Notes under the pieces: model-generated
Told to the model about the DNA's origin: nothing
Databases searched by the model: none
Seen by the model: the letters and a program-made list of their open reading frames with translations, nothing else
NCBI GenBank assembly: GCA_964486045.1
Contig: CAZALK010000018.1
Coordinates: 30,089-94,088 of the forward strand
Reading direction: 5' to 3'
Length of the DNA: 64,000 nt
Origin: an uncultured archaeon
GTDB lineage: Archaea > Asgardarchaeota > Lokiarchaeia > Sigyniarchaeales > SOKP01
Position numbers and translations under genes: made by a program
Part shown: positions 30,304-40,289 of the stretch, one piece after another
Numbering within the stretch: the stretch's first letter is position 1
Layout: each line of letters begins with the position of its first letter

Positions 30304-31686
30304 ATGAATGAACAATCATTTAATGAGATCTTCTCTAATTTTGAGGAAATCTCAAATAATTTTATGAGAAAAAATCAATACTTTGATATCTTATATGACT
30401 CTTTCTCATCTATAAAAATTAACAAATCTCCTTCTGTTGAGTCAATTTCAATTAACTCAAAAAAATCAGGAATTGTTGCAAGGACTTTCAGTGGTACATG
30501 GGAAGAAATAGCATTTAATAATTTCTCTGATCTCAAGAATATTCCAAAATTATTGCCTAAATCATCAAATAAAGGAGAAGAGATTGCTGAATATAAGGGT
30601 TGGAAACTAAATAAAGAAGTTATCCCTAAAATTAATCCATCAGATATACCGATAGAAGAAAAAATAGAAAAAATTAGACAAATTTACGATTTTATCCAAA
30701 ATTATGATAGGAGAATTTTATTATCTAGAATAATATATAAAGAAACTCATACCACACGCATTTTTGTAAACAACGAAGGAAGTCAATTAAGGCAAGTAAT
30801 CCCCCGTGTTCGGCTTTATATTTCTCCCATAGTAAAAAGCGGCATAAAGGTGGAGTTTGATTATTTTTCTACGGGTGGTGAAATGGGATTTGAAATTTTT
30901 GATGAGATAACTGATAGTAAATTAGAACAAATAGCTACTGACTCTATTGATATGTTAAAAGCAGAAAAATCCCCCTCAGGAAGATTTCCTGTAATTTTAG
31001 ATCCCGGAATGGCAGGAATTATAGCCCACGAGAGTTTTGGGCATGGTTTAGAAGCCGACCAAGTATTAAGAGGGAGAAGTTACTTAAAAGATAAATTGAA
31101 TAAAAAAGTAGCTTCTGAAATTTGTGTGATATGCGACACTCCAAGTTTAGAGAATCAGATTGGTTCATATTTTTTTGATGATGAAGGAATAAAAGCTGGA
31201 AAAAATGTTCTCGTTGAAAATGGGATCTTAAAAAATTTTATTTATGATAGAAGAAGTGCTTCAGTACTGAATGGAAGTCCGCAAGGAAATGGAAGAAGGG
31301 AGAGTTATGCTCATGTAATTCATCCAAGAATGTCAAATACATATTTTGAGCCAGGAAATGATGAACTGGAAGATATGATATCGGAAATTGATGATGGTGT
31401 TATGATTCTTAAATCTTACTTCGGTATGGAAGATCCTATAGGTGGGGGGTGTCAATGTTCTTCTAAAAAAGGATATTTAATTAAGAAGGGCGAAAAAACA
31501 AAATTGTTAAAAGGTATAGCTTTAAGTGGATATGTTTTAGATATTTTGCAAAATATTGACGCCGTAAGCAAAGATGAAACCAATTTTCACGGTGGAACCT
31601 GTGGTAAAGGTCATGCTGATGATATACCAGTAAGTGATGGCGGAAGTTATATTAGGATAAAAGAAGCATTAATTAGTCCGGGGTGA
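30304..31686 (+). CDS. tldD: TldD-family metalloprotease
   Basis: HESFGHGLEAD; DDEG; GNGRR; PRMSNT; CGKG. Confidence 0.92.
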   Translation: MNEQSFNEIFSNFEEISNNFMRKNQYFDILYDSFSSIKINKSPSVESISINSKKSGIVARTFSGTWEEIAFNNFSDLKNIPKLLPKSSNKGEEIAEYKGWKLNKEVIPKINPSDIPIEEKIEKIRQIYDFIQNYDRRILLSRIIYKETHTTRIFVNNEGSQLRQVIPRVRLYISPIVKSGIKVEFDYFSTGGEMGFEIFDEITDSKLEQIATDSIDMLKAEKSPSGRFPVILDPGMAGIIAHESFGHGLEADQVLRGRSYLKDKLNKKVASEICVICDTPSLENQIGSYFFDDEGIKAGKNVLVENGILKNFIYDRRSASVLNGSPQGNGRRESYAHVIHPRMSNTYFEPGNDELEDMISEIDDGVMILKSYFGMEDPIGGGCQCSSKKGYLIKKGEKTKLLKGIALSGYVLDILQNIDAVSKDETNFHGGTCGKGHADDIPVSDGGSYIRIKEALISPG

Positions 31687-31729
31687 GATCAAAACGACGC
31701 ATGAGAAACTTGAATTTATTGAAAAGATT

Positions 31730-33022
31730 TTGAAATCGAGAAATGTTCAAGAATATGAAATTTTTCTTAAAAAGAAAAAAGCTTATGAGTCAATTTTTTT
31801 AAAAGACAAAGTGGATAACCAGAGAAGTGTCAGTGATTTTGAGTATTCATTTAGGATTCTTTCTCAGAAAGAAAATAAAACGGGGATCGGAATTGTAAAA
31901 GGAAATTCAATGAAACCACGAGAAATTGAAAAAAATATTGACATTTGTATAGATTTATCAAAAATTAATTTGAGTTCTAAATACCATTTTCCGAGTAGAT
32001 CCTCAACACAAAAAGTGTTAACATATGATAATAATGTTATAAATGATCCTATAGGTACTAAAAATGATTTAGTAGAAGAACTCTTATCTGAGATAAAACA
32101 AAATAAAGAGGTTCTACCAACTTTTGGTCGTTTTCGTGTTCATATTGATGAATTTTTCCTAAAAAATAGCAATTCTATTGATAGAAGTGCTTTAAGAACG
32201 TATTTTTTTCTTGAATTCTCCCTAAGAGCTCATAAAGAAGGAAAATTATCAGAATACTGGCCATTTCTCTATATTAAAGACAAAGATCAATTGAATTTTG
32301 CAAGAAGAGTAGAAAAGTGGGTATCTTTAGCACAAGATACCTTAAAAGCAAAATTTCCTAAACCTGCGAAGAGTGCAACTATTATTTTTTCCCCTCAAGT
32401 ATTACACAATGCTCTTAATCCCGTAATTGGTGCTCACGCTTCAGGAAAAGCTTTTCATGATAAAGTTTCATTATTTAAAATAAATGAAAATGTAGCTACC
32501 GAAAATATAACGATATTTGATGATGGATTATTAAATGGATGTCTTGCTACAAATGATTGGGATGGTGAGGGAACGCCACACCAAAGGCAAGAGATAATTA
32601 AGCAAGGAATCTTTCAGAAAATGCTTTTTGATCAGAAATATGGGATACTAGAAAATACCATATCAACTGGAAACGGGATAAGAGCTATGGATGGATCCAT
32701 TATTAATAGTATAAGTAATCTTGAAATCTTACCCGGGGAAATAGCCTTAGATGAGATGATTTCAGGCCTAAAAGAAGGATACTATATTGAACAATTTTCC
32801 TGGTTAAGACCAAGTGAATTAACAGGGACATTTGGTGCAGAAATAAGAAATGGGTACTACATTAAAAATGGTAATTTCGAGACTCCAATTAAAATGGGAA
32901 ATGTCAGCGGTAATGTTATACAAATGATCAAAAATTGTTTATCCATATCAAAAGAAAGGGAGTACACTTCCAATAATCTTTTTCCTTACATGGCATTTAA
33001 GAACTTAACCGTATCGTCCTAA
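31730..33022 (+). CDS. pmbA: PmbA/TldE-family protein
   Basis: DGEG; STGNG; ISNLEILPG; follows tldD; the open frame extends upstream of the TTG. Confidence 0.85.
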   Translation: MKSRNVQEYEIFLKKKKAYESIFLKDKVDNQRSVSDFEYSFRILSQKENKTGIGIVKGNSMKPREIEKNIDICIDLSKINLSSKYHFPSRSSTQKVLTYDNNVINDPIGTKNDLVEELLSEIKQNKEVLPTFGRFRVHIDEFFLKNSNSIDRSALRTYFFLEFSLRAHKEGKLSEYWPFLYIKDKDQLNFARRVEKWVSLAQDTLKAKFPKPAKSATIIFSPQVLHNALNPVIGAHASGKAFHDKVSLFKINENVATENITIFDDGLLNGCLATNDWDGEGTPHQRQEIIKQGIFQKMLFDQKYGILENTISTGNGIRAMDGSIINSISNLEILPGEIALDEMISGLKEGYYIEQFSWLRPSELTGTFGAEIRNGYYIKNGNFETPIKMGNVSGNVIQMIKNCLSISKEREYTSNNLFPYMAFKNLTVSS

Positions 33023-33085
33023 GTCATATTTTATATTCCACCAATTTAACTAAGAAGAATAAATATTTTTAAAAAAACACCCCTA

Positions 33086-34291
33086 TTAGAAGAAAGATGG
33101 CTCTCCTTCGAATTTTCTTACGGGTGGTTTCATTTTAGCTGTCTCTTCCGGAGATAAAACTTCAACTAATTCATATTGCGAGTTACCCCTTCCCAATTTC
33201 TCAAGAAACCTAACAGCTTCATAAGGATCTTTGTAAGGGCCATGAAGTCTCGTGAAAGGGTGAAGATCTTCTTTAGGGTCTAAATTTACGTGTTTTAAAA
33301 AGGGGGGAATGTTTTTCTCTATAATACCTTCTTTTTTAATTAAATCGAGCGTCGCAGATTCAACTGCCACGATATCTTTTGATCCTAAAACTCCAATATC
33401 ATTAATTACAGCTGGTTGAGCAAACCCCATACAATCGCAGAATGTAGTAATTTGGAGTGCAAAATTTAAGTAGAAAATCTTTGCTGGATTAAAAGTCTCA
33501 AGAACCTTATCTGTTGAAATTGCCATTAGTTCTTGAAATGCCGAGTAGCTTTCTCTGGGTACTTTAAGAGCTCCTACATCAGCATCATTTTCGATACAAG
33601 AAAAGCATTGGTGACAATCATGATAATTTCTTATGAGGTTGTTATTCGCTCGAGTATATCGAAGTGCACCATAGGGACACGCTTCAACTAGTTTTTTTGC
33701 ATGTTCAGCAGTTCCTTTCTCTTTATCCCAATATTTTTCAAATTGAGCCACACCATGTATTTTCATCCATCGAGTCGCACCCGAGTAACCCCCAAGAGCA
33801 ATATTCTTAATAGCTCCCCCATAACCACATGCTCCGTGCCCTTTTGCATGAGTTAAATCAATTAGAACGTCAGCATCTTTAAGAACACCCCCAAGATCAA
33901 GTTTATCAATTCCTTTGTAATTGATTTCCACCGGAGTTATATAACCATCTTTTACTCCGGCGATTGGGATGATTGGACATCCGCACGTTTCTTGTGTATA
34001 ACCTCTATTTACTGCATTATATACTGCAGTAGGGTTATCCGTAATGAAAGGGAAAGCTCCAGTCTTCTTTACAGCCTCGACAATACGGCGCACAAAGAAT
34101 ACTGGGATTGTTTGGTAGCCATCATTAAAACCAAGGTGCATCTTGATTGCTACTTTTTCTCTTTTATTTATTGTCGTTTGTTCAATCAATTTTTCAGTAA
34201 TAATATCTACTTTAGCAGCGAATGAAGCAAACCGTGAAGCTTTACCATGCTGAACCGAACCGAGATAAACCTCTGATTTTGTCGAACTCAT
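33086..34291 (-). CDS. DUF362 Fe-S protein
   Basis: VAIKMHLG; LTHAKGH...GGAIKNIALG; CPYGA...CHQCFSC; CDC; SKDIVAVE. Confidence 0.85.
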   Translation of the reverse strand: MSSTKSEVYLGSVQHGKASRFASFAAKVDIITEKLIEQTTINKREKVAIKMHLGFNDGYQTIPVFFVRRIVEAVKKTGAFPFITDNPTAVYNAVNRGYTQETCGCPIIPIAGVKDGYITPVEINYKGIDKLDLGGVLKDADVLIDLTHAKGHGACGYGGAIKNIALGGYSGATRWMKIHGVAQFEKYWDKEKGTAEHAKKLVEACPYGALRYTRANNNLIRNYHDCHQCFSCIENDADVGALKVPRESYSAFQELMAISTDKVLETFNPAKIFYLNFALQITTFCDCMGFAQPAVINDIGVLGSKDIVAVESATLDLIKKEGIIEKNIPPFLKHVNLDPKEDLHPFTRLHGPYKDPYEAVRFLEKLGRGNSQYELVEVLSPEETAKMKPPVRKFEGEPSFF

Positions 34292-34458
34292 AATACTGTG
34301 AATTTTAAATTATTTCAAAAAAATAAATTTTAAGTTTATTCTCAAAATTATTTATCAAAAATAAATTTGGAGGTTATGTTTAATACAAAAATTATTTAAC
34401 TTTCCTTAATACAAATAAGTTAAAGGTCTCAAAAATAAAAACTTAAAAATTTTTTGCT

Positions 34459-34692
34459 ATGGCACGCTGCCCAGAATGCGGTGGGTTTATGAAATACCAA
34501 TCAGCTATTAAACAAATCGTTTGTCAATCATGTGGACTATCGCTAACAAGACATGAATTAGATAGATATTGGAAAAAGGTTAGGAATGAAAACGCTACGG
34601 AAGTAGACGACTCCCAACGCAAAAAAAACCGACGTAAAGATTGGTTAGAGTGGTACTCAGCAAGTAAAAAAACCAAAGAAAAAGAGTTTTGA
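34459..34692 (+). CDS. Small zinc-ribbon protein
   Basis: CPECGG...CQSCG; basic C-terminus. Confidence 0.8.
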   Translation: MARCPECGGFMKYQSAIKQIVCQSCGLSLTRHELDRYWKKVRNENATEVDDSQRKKNRRKDWLEWYSASKKTKEKEF

Positions 34693-34770
34693 ATTTTTTT
34701 ATAAATTATCTTTTTTAGAGGGTATAAATGTAATTCTATTAAGAACGTTGAAGTTGAATTATTTTAACCT

Positions 34771-34798
34771 TCTTCTAATAATATATCTTAAATTCCTT
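34771..34798 (+). other. Degenerate dif-like site
   Basis: TCTTCTAATAA-TATATC-TTAAATTCCTT, 11-6-11 geometry, similar core to 35518-35545. Confidence 0.3.
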
Positions 34799-34804
34799 TT
34801 TAAA

Positions 34805-35445
34805 CTATTTTGGATATTTTGACTCTAACCAAATGTCATAGGTTTTTTCCTTATTTATAGGAATAGCACGCAAAAATCTTGCTAATTCAATAACCTCACA
34901 TTTGTTGAAATCCGTTATAATATTCCCCATGTTTCCATCAAAGTTCTGTCTTACTCTATTATCAAACATAGAAACTATCTTGCAGATTAACTCTCTACAA
35001 GTGTTATCTTCAAAAATTAGAGTAAGTAAATGTAAGGTAAACTTTTCCACATCATGATAAACTGAACCTTTTTCCCTGAATAAATAAAGGGAAGATCGTA
35101 AATTATTACACGCCATTCTGAAAATTTCTTTTTCATCACTATTTAAAGCTTCAATATACGACTCCTTAATAGTTTGAGATGCATCATTCATAAAGTACGT
35201 AAACCATCCCAATTGGAGTGCCGGATCTTCTTGTCCAATTGGAGTGCCGGATCTTCTTGTCCAATTGGGGAGTTTAAATAAGTTATAACTCCTTTATATC
35301 CAAAGTTATTATATAGCGCATCAAAAAGATAAAATACTCGTCTATTAAAAGGATTTAAAGAGTCAGTAATCTTAATACATTCAAAAAGATGATTATGGTA
35401 ATCCTGCAAACACAATTCATTCTCGCAAATCTTGCAAAAAACCAT
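34805..35445 (-). pseudogene. Orphan gene (N-terminal CxxC...H...C finger) frameshifted by a 26-bp tandem duplication
   Basis: Removing one repeat copy joins ORF 35188..35445 to ORF 34805..35212 (YLNSPIGQEDPALQLGWFTYFMND). Confidence 0.75.
35209..35268. repeat. 26-bp tandem duplication (2 copies + 8 bp)
   Basis: CCAATTGGAGTGCCGGATCTTCTTGT x2 followed by CCAATTGG. Confidence 0.97.
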
Positions 35446-35517
35446 AATGAATCCTTCGATCTTTTCTTTTTGAACTACGAATAATATTATTTTCTTGCTT
35501 AAAGATTAATAAGGATT

Positions 35518-35545
35518 TTCTTTTATAATATATATTATATCTAAT
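35518..35545 (+). other. Candidate dif (XerA recombination) site
   Basis: TTCTTTTATAA-TATATA-TTATATCTAAT: 11-6-11 architecture with the ATAA-n6-TTAT core; intergenic; 1.6 kb from xerA. Confidence 0.6.
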
Positions 35546-35818
35546 CCTACTTCATGCCGGAGTCTATTATACTCTTTAAATTTTTTCGATGCTGTCATAT
35601 CAATCCCTAGAGCAATTCCAAATTTACACTTCTTTACATAAATTTGGTTCTTAAAATCTAGATTTTGTTGTTTTTATTTAAATGTATTGGGTAGCTTTAA
35701 TTAAACTACTAATTACTGTAAGAGTAATAAATTATCATTGAGAGAGAAGAGTAGACAAGAAAAGTGAATTTTTTGTGGTTTAAAAATATATACTCAAATT
35801 TAATACTCGTTCTTGAAT

Positions 35819-37012
35819 TTAACTACTAAATTTTCTTTCAAAAAGATCTTCTAATAATTCTGCTAATTTACTTGCAGGAATATCTAATAGAGTTATTTCT
35901 AAATGTCTACCACGTGTAGCATCTTCTATCCGTACTGTTTTGGAAGCAATAATTTTAAGTTGGTTCAATTGACGAACATATTTTCTAAAACTCATTTTTA
36001 CATGAGGTTCTTTTGAATAACTTTCACAAATAGATTGATATTCTTCAAATGCATCATCTACCAATGCGTATGGAGTTCCATTGCTCATTAATGATCTTAC
36101 AATCCCTAGCAAAGCTAAAAGCTCTTGATCTTTTAAACCATCAATTATCTCAGCTCTGAATGTTGGGTATACGTCATCAGAAGCGCTTCTGACTATATCC
36201 GCTGTAATTTGGTCGAACCCTTCCTTATCACAATACAACCCGCTCTTTCTTATAATTTCAATACCATGCCTCATATTTTGGTTTTCAACAACAATTTGAG
36301 AAACCATTGTAAGAAGATCCCCATCTATTACATATTCTTTTAAAGCAATATCACTTCTATATTGTAAAATTTGCATAGATTCTTCAAAATTATATGGTTT
36401 AAAATGAATTTTCTCGTTCAATCGGCTTAAAACTTTCTCATTTTCAATCTTCATCCAATCAGCACCCCTACAAATTAGAAGAATTGATAATTTTGCATTT
36501 TGATGCCCAAAGGTTTCAGCGATGTTTAAAAAAGCTAACACCTCATCTGGTTTCAGTAAATGGACTTCATCAATGATTAATAGCATATAACCATTATCTC
36601 GAATTAATTTGGTAAGTATCAGTTTTAAGGCTTCATCATCAGAATATCCTCGTCCTGAGCCGTGTGTATATTTTGCTAGCAATTCCCTGATGATTTTACT
36701 TTTTGATCGAAAATTTATACAATCGAAATATTCAAGAAAGAAATTTACATCCTTTTCAATTGCATTTTGCAGAAATAATTTGCCAAAAAACCGTGCTGTA
36801 CAAGTTTTTCCAATTCCTCCTTTTCCCAATATTAGGCAATTAATAGATGGTTGCTCATCTTCCTCTAAAATTCTCCTATAATTAACAATTAACGTGTTAA
36901 TTTCATCATCTCGACAATATAGCTTTTCTGGTACAATGCTCTTATCTAAAGAATTCAATTGCCGAAAAACTGATTTTTTCATTAATTGTTTTCTAAACGC
37001 ATCCTCGTCCAT
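35819..37012 (-). CDS. cdc6: Cdc6/Orc1 replication initiator
   Basis: VPEKLYCRDDE; Walker A GKGGIGKT; Walker B LIIDEV; C-terminal wHTH with RGR. Confidence 0.93.
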   Translation of the reverse strand: MDEDAFRKQLMKKSVFRQLNSLDKSIVPEKLYCRDDEINTLIVNYRRILEEDEQPSINCLILGKGGIGKTCTARFFGKLFLQNAIEKDVNFFLEYFDCINFRSKSKIIRELLAKYTHGSGRGYSDDEALKLILTKLIRDNGYMLLIIDEVHLLKPDEVLAFLNIAETFGHQNAKLSILLICRGADWMKIENEKVLSRLNEKIHFKPYNFEESMQILQYRSDIALKEYVIDGDLLTMVSQIVVENQNMRHGIEIIRKSGLYCDKEGFDQITADIVRSASDDVYPTFRAEIIDGLKDQELLALLGIVRSLMSNGTPYALVDDAFEEYQSICESYSKEPHVKMSFRKYVRQLNQLKIIASKTVRIEDATRGRHLEITLLDIPASKLAELLEDLFERKFSS

Positions 37013-37143
37013 AGTAAATCGATTTATGAAGATTTAGTTTGTTAATGTATAAGTAGTAATGGTACAAATTAAGTTTAAAGTTTCTTATTCTTATGTAATT
37101 ATCATGTTTTTATTATAAAAAGAATTCTAAAAAATTAAAATTT

Positions 37144-38070
37144 TCACCTAAAATTATCCGAATTATTCAATGGATGCATTGTTGAATAAGATTGCTTTAA
37201 TTTTGTTATATCATTTTTTGCATAGATCATTGTAGTATTTGGACTTGAATGCCCTAATATATCTTGGAGTTCACTAATATCCATTCCTGAGCGCCTAAGA
37301 TGCGTTGCTCCAGTATGTCTAAACACGTGAGGAGTTACTATTTTCGAATCTGGAAACCCACATTTTTCTTTGATAGATTTAATATCAGTTTGTACTATTC
37401 GTGGACTTAACTTCTGATGCCTTGTATTAACCAATAAATAATCGTCAGAGTCATACGAGATTCTATTATTCAAATATTCTTTGAAAATATCTAAAGTTTT
37501 ATTATCTACCGGAACGATCCTTTCTTTGTTACCTTTTCCCCTTAATCTTATGTATCCTTTATTAAAATCAATATCTCTTATTTTAATATTACAAAGTTCA
37601 CTTACTCGAGCCATGGTAGAATAAAGCAACCTAACAATTAGGTAATAACGCTGGCTTTTTTTTGTGTTAAATAGAAATCTATCTTTTAACTTTTTAAAGA
37701 TAACTCCGATGTCTGAAAGATCAAGAAATTTAGGTAGGGCTTCCTCAAGTTTTATCTTTGGAGACTTAATAGTACTCATAGGATTTTTAACGATAAATTC
37801 GTTTAGAGTTAAGAACTTGAAGTAAGAACGTAAAGTTGCAATCTTTCTGGCAACTGCTTTTTTTTGATACCCCTTATCCTTGATTTTCTTCAAAAATAGC
37901 CGAATCCTCTGTCTAACCATAGGAGAATTCATATCAATATCTCCGACTAAACTAACAAATTTATCAAGATCATATTGATACGCTTTTATAGTCGATGGTG
38001 CACATCCTTCTTCTACTTCTTTGGAGATCAAAAAATCCTCAATAAAATCAGAGAACTTACACTCTACCAT
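37144..38070 (-). CDS. xerA: XerA/XerC-D family tyrosine recombinase
   Basis: Complete catalytic set: ARVSE (R), GKGNKER (K), HVFRH, LGH, TMIY; N-terminal STIKAYQYDL. Confidence 0.92.
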   Translation of the reverse strand: MVECKFSDFIEDFLISKEVEEGCAPSTIKAYQYDLDKFVSLVGDIDMNSPMVRQRIRLFLKKIKDKGYQKKAVARKIATLRSYFKFLTLNEFIVKNPMSTIKSPKIKLEEALPKFLDLSDIGVIFKKLKDRFLFNTKKSQRYYLIVRLLYSTMARVSELCNIKIRDIDFNKGYIRLRGKGNKERIVPVDNKTLDIFKEYLNNRISYDSDDYLLVNTRHQKLSPRIVQTDIKSIKEKCGFPDSKIVTPHVFRHTGATHLRRSGMDISELQDILGHSSPNTTMIYAKNDITKLKQSYSTMHPLNNSDNFR

Positions 38071-38089
38071 AATGATTACAGTATTATCA

Positions 38090-38117
38090 TGATATTACAT
38101 AATACAAAGTAATATCA
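38090..38117. promoter_or_regulatory. 11-6-11 palindrome 20 bp upstream of xerA (candidate XerA binding or autoregulation site)
   Basis: TGATATTACAT-AATACA-AAGTAATATCA, 10 of 11 arm positions symmetric. Confidence 0.5.
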
Positions 38118-38223
38118 ACATATATATGAAAATGGGAATAACACAAATAATGCCAAAAAATTTAAATTATGGTAATGATCTATTAAATATGGGAATGAAT
38201 TAAGTTTTAGGAGTTGAATAATT

Positions 38224-38487
38224 TTAAAAATAAATACTGAAATTAGAAAGGTAGATTCTCAAGGAAGAATTGTTTTACCTCATAAATGGAGAGAAAAGGA
38301 GCTAAAAGAGGGAGATGAAGTAATAATTATTGAGGATGAAGGAATTCTCAAGATAATACCCAAAAAAAAAGTTGATCTAACTAAGTTTTTTGATTCATTA
38401 GAATATGATGATGATCTTATAGATAAACTTGAAAATTGGTCTGATTTTGAAAATTACTTTTTAAATAAAAAAGATAGGGAAAGCTAA
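38224..38487 (+). CDS. AbrB/MazE/SpoVT-family antitoxin lacking a canonical start codon
   Basis: Manual translation: (L)KINTEIRKVDSQGRIVLPHKWREKELKEGDEVIIIEDEGILKIIPKKKVDLTKFFDSLE...; stop ends 2 nt before the vapC ATG; not in ORF track. Confidence 0.85.
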   Translation, partial: LKINTEIRKVDSQGRIVLPHKWREKELKEGDEVIIIEDEGILKIIPKKKVDLTKFFDSLEYDDDLIDKLENWSDFENYFLNKKDRES

Positions 38488-38488
38488 A

Positions 38489-38935
38489 ATGATTTATTTG
38501 GATGCTAACATTTTTGTTTACGCTTATTTTAAACCAAAAGAAGGGAAAATGTTATCGGATAAAATTAAATGGTGTAAAGAGGAAGCAAAAAAGATTGTTC
38601 AAGAGGTTAATGAGGAAAAGACTAATTATTGTATTTCCTTACTCCAGTTGTCAGAAATAGTTAATCTCTTAAAAAATGCTATGTCTTGGGAAGATTTACA
38701 AACATTTATCATGGGATTAATTTCAAATAAATCAATAGAAATTATAGAAATAACAAAATTGATGTATATAAATGCAATTAATAAAATAGCTGAATATAAT
38801 ATGGATTCTAACGATATTTCTGCGTACTTACTTATGAAGGAAAAGAAGATTAAGAAAATCTATACATTTGATCGTCAATTCGAAAAACTATCGGAGATAA
38901 TTTGCTTACCTCAAATACCTAAGGAATTAGTTTGA
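38489..38935 (+). CDS. vapC: PIN-domain toxin
   Basis: MIYLDANIF; LSEI; DSND; IYTFDRQF. Confidence 0.9.
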   Translation: MIYLDANIFVYAYFKPKEGKMLSDKIKWCKEEAKKIVQEVNEEKTNYCISLLQLSEIVNLLKNAMSWEDLQTFIMGLISNKSIEIIEITKLMYINAINKIAEYNMDSNDISAYLLMKEKKIKKIYTFDRQFEKLSEIICLPQIPKELV

Positions 38936-39022
38936 GCAATGGAGGAAATAGAAGAACACTTAAAAAATATCAAATTCTTCTAGGAAAGAAAGATTAGTGG
39001 ATCTACGCTAATAAAAATAGTT

Positions 39023-39967
39023 TTAATCTTTTTTTAATTGGCGTAAATACTTAGCAGCACTAATTCCTGCTCGTGCACCCTCAGAAGCTGCATATACTAC
39101 TTGAAAATGACCTCCTGTACAATCACCCGCAGCATAAACTCCTTCAAGATTTGTTTTCTGGTTTCTATCAACTTTAATATTACCTTTCTCATCAATATCA
39201 ATGCCAGCTTTCCTAAAAATTGAATTAGAAGATATATGAGATAAGATAAATAGGGCATTTAAGTTGAATTCTTTTAGTTCTTCAGTTTCCTCTGAATTTG
39301 ATTTAGATGTTCTTACAATAATTTTTTGGATTATACCTTCTGAATTCGGAATAGCTTCAATAACTTCCGAATTATCGATAACTTCAATCCCCGCATTTTT
39401 TACTTCGTTTACTATGTCAGGTAATTTATCTATGCCTACATTGGTAATTACATGAACTATACATCCCATTTGCTGAAGAGTTAAAGCATCCTCTAGCATT
39501 TCTTCATCATTGCCATACAAATAGATTACTCTATCTTTGTAGAGAGGTCCATCACATAATGCACAATAGGAGACACCATAACCTAGTAAAGTACTCTCTC
39601 CTTTTATTATTTCTTTACGATGTCCTCGACCTGTAGCAATGATAACACAATCAGATGTTATATTGGCTGTTCTTGTAGACGTCATGTTTACTCCCATCCC
39701 AAGCATCAGTGCAATAACATCACCTTTTATAATTCTCACATTTTCAGAATAGACCTCGACATGAGCTCTAAACTTAGCTAATAGATCTTCACCCTTGATA
39801 TCTATCTCTCCCGGCCAATTTTGTAGTTCTTTTGTTTGTGCTAAAGCTGATAATTCTTTACCATCCAGAATAATAATATCTCTATTTGCACGTGCGGAAT
39901 AGAGTCCAGCACTAAACCCAGCGGGACCAGCTCCTATGATTAAAACTTCGCATTTATATTCATCCAT
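39023..39967 (-). CDS. trxB: Thioredoxin reductase-like flavoprotein
   Basis: IIGAGPAG; IIATG; GVSYCALCDG; GVYAAGDCTG. Confidence 0.9.
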   Translation of the reverse strand: MDEYKCEVLIIGAGPAGFSAGLYSARANRDIIILDGKELSALAQTKELQNWPGEIDIKGEDLLAKFRAHVEVYSENVRIIKGDVIALMLGMGVNMTSTRTANITSDCVIIATGRGHRKEIIKGESTLLGYGVSYCALCDGPLYKDRVIYLYGNDEEMLEDALTLQQMGCIVHVITNVGIDKLPDIVNEVKNAGIEVIDNSEVIEAIPNSEGIIQKIIVRTSKSNSEETEELKEFNLNALFILSHISSNSIFRKAGIDIDEKGNIKVDRNQKTNLEGVYAAGDCTGGHFQVVYAASEGARAGISAAKYLRQLKKD

Positions 39968-40289
39968 TTAATGACCCTCTCAGATACCTATTAAATAAGA
40001 AATTATAGAAAGATTTGACATTTTAATTTTATTAATTCATATTCATAAAAAAAATACTAACCTAAATAATTTAATATTATTATTATAATATCTCTTACTA
40101 AACAACTTCTCTTAAAGATTCGTTTCATACTCATTTTTACATTAATTAAAAATATCTGTATATTAATTAGTGCGTTTCCTGGGATTGATCTTTCATTCTT
40201 ACAAAAAATAAAACGCATATTTAAATATAATTTTGACATCATTGTAAAGTGGTTATTTATTAGTCAATTAATAACTAAAGGTGAAAAAA

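Noticed and set aside
35209-35268. 26-nt insert as a second BHB intron or a mini-CRISPR
   Set aside because: It is an exact tandem duplication with no spacer. The possible self-complementary 4-mers (AAUU, GAUC, CCGG) lack flanking helices, so no BHB forms.
35546-35818. Replication origin (ORB boxes) beside cdc6
   Set aside because: No recognisable ORB/G-string repeats here or upstream of cdc6; a divergent origin cannot be excluded
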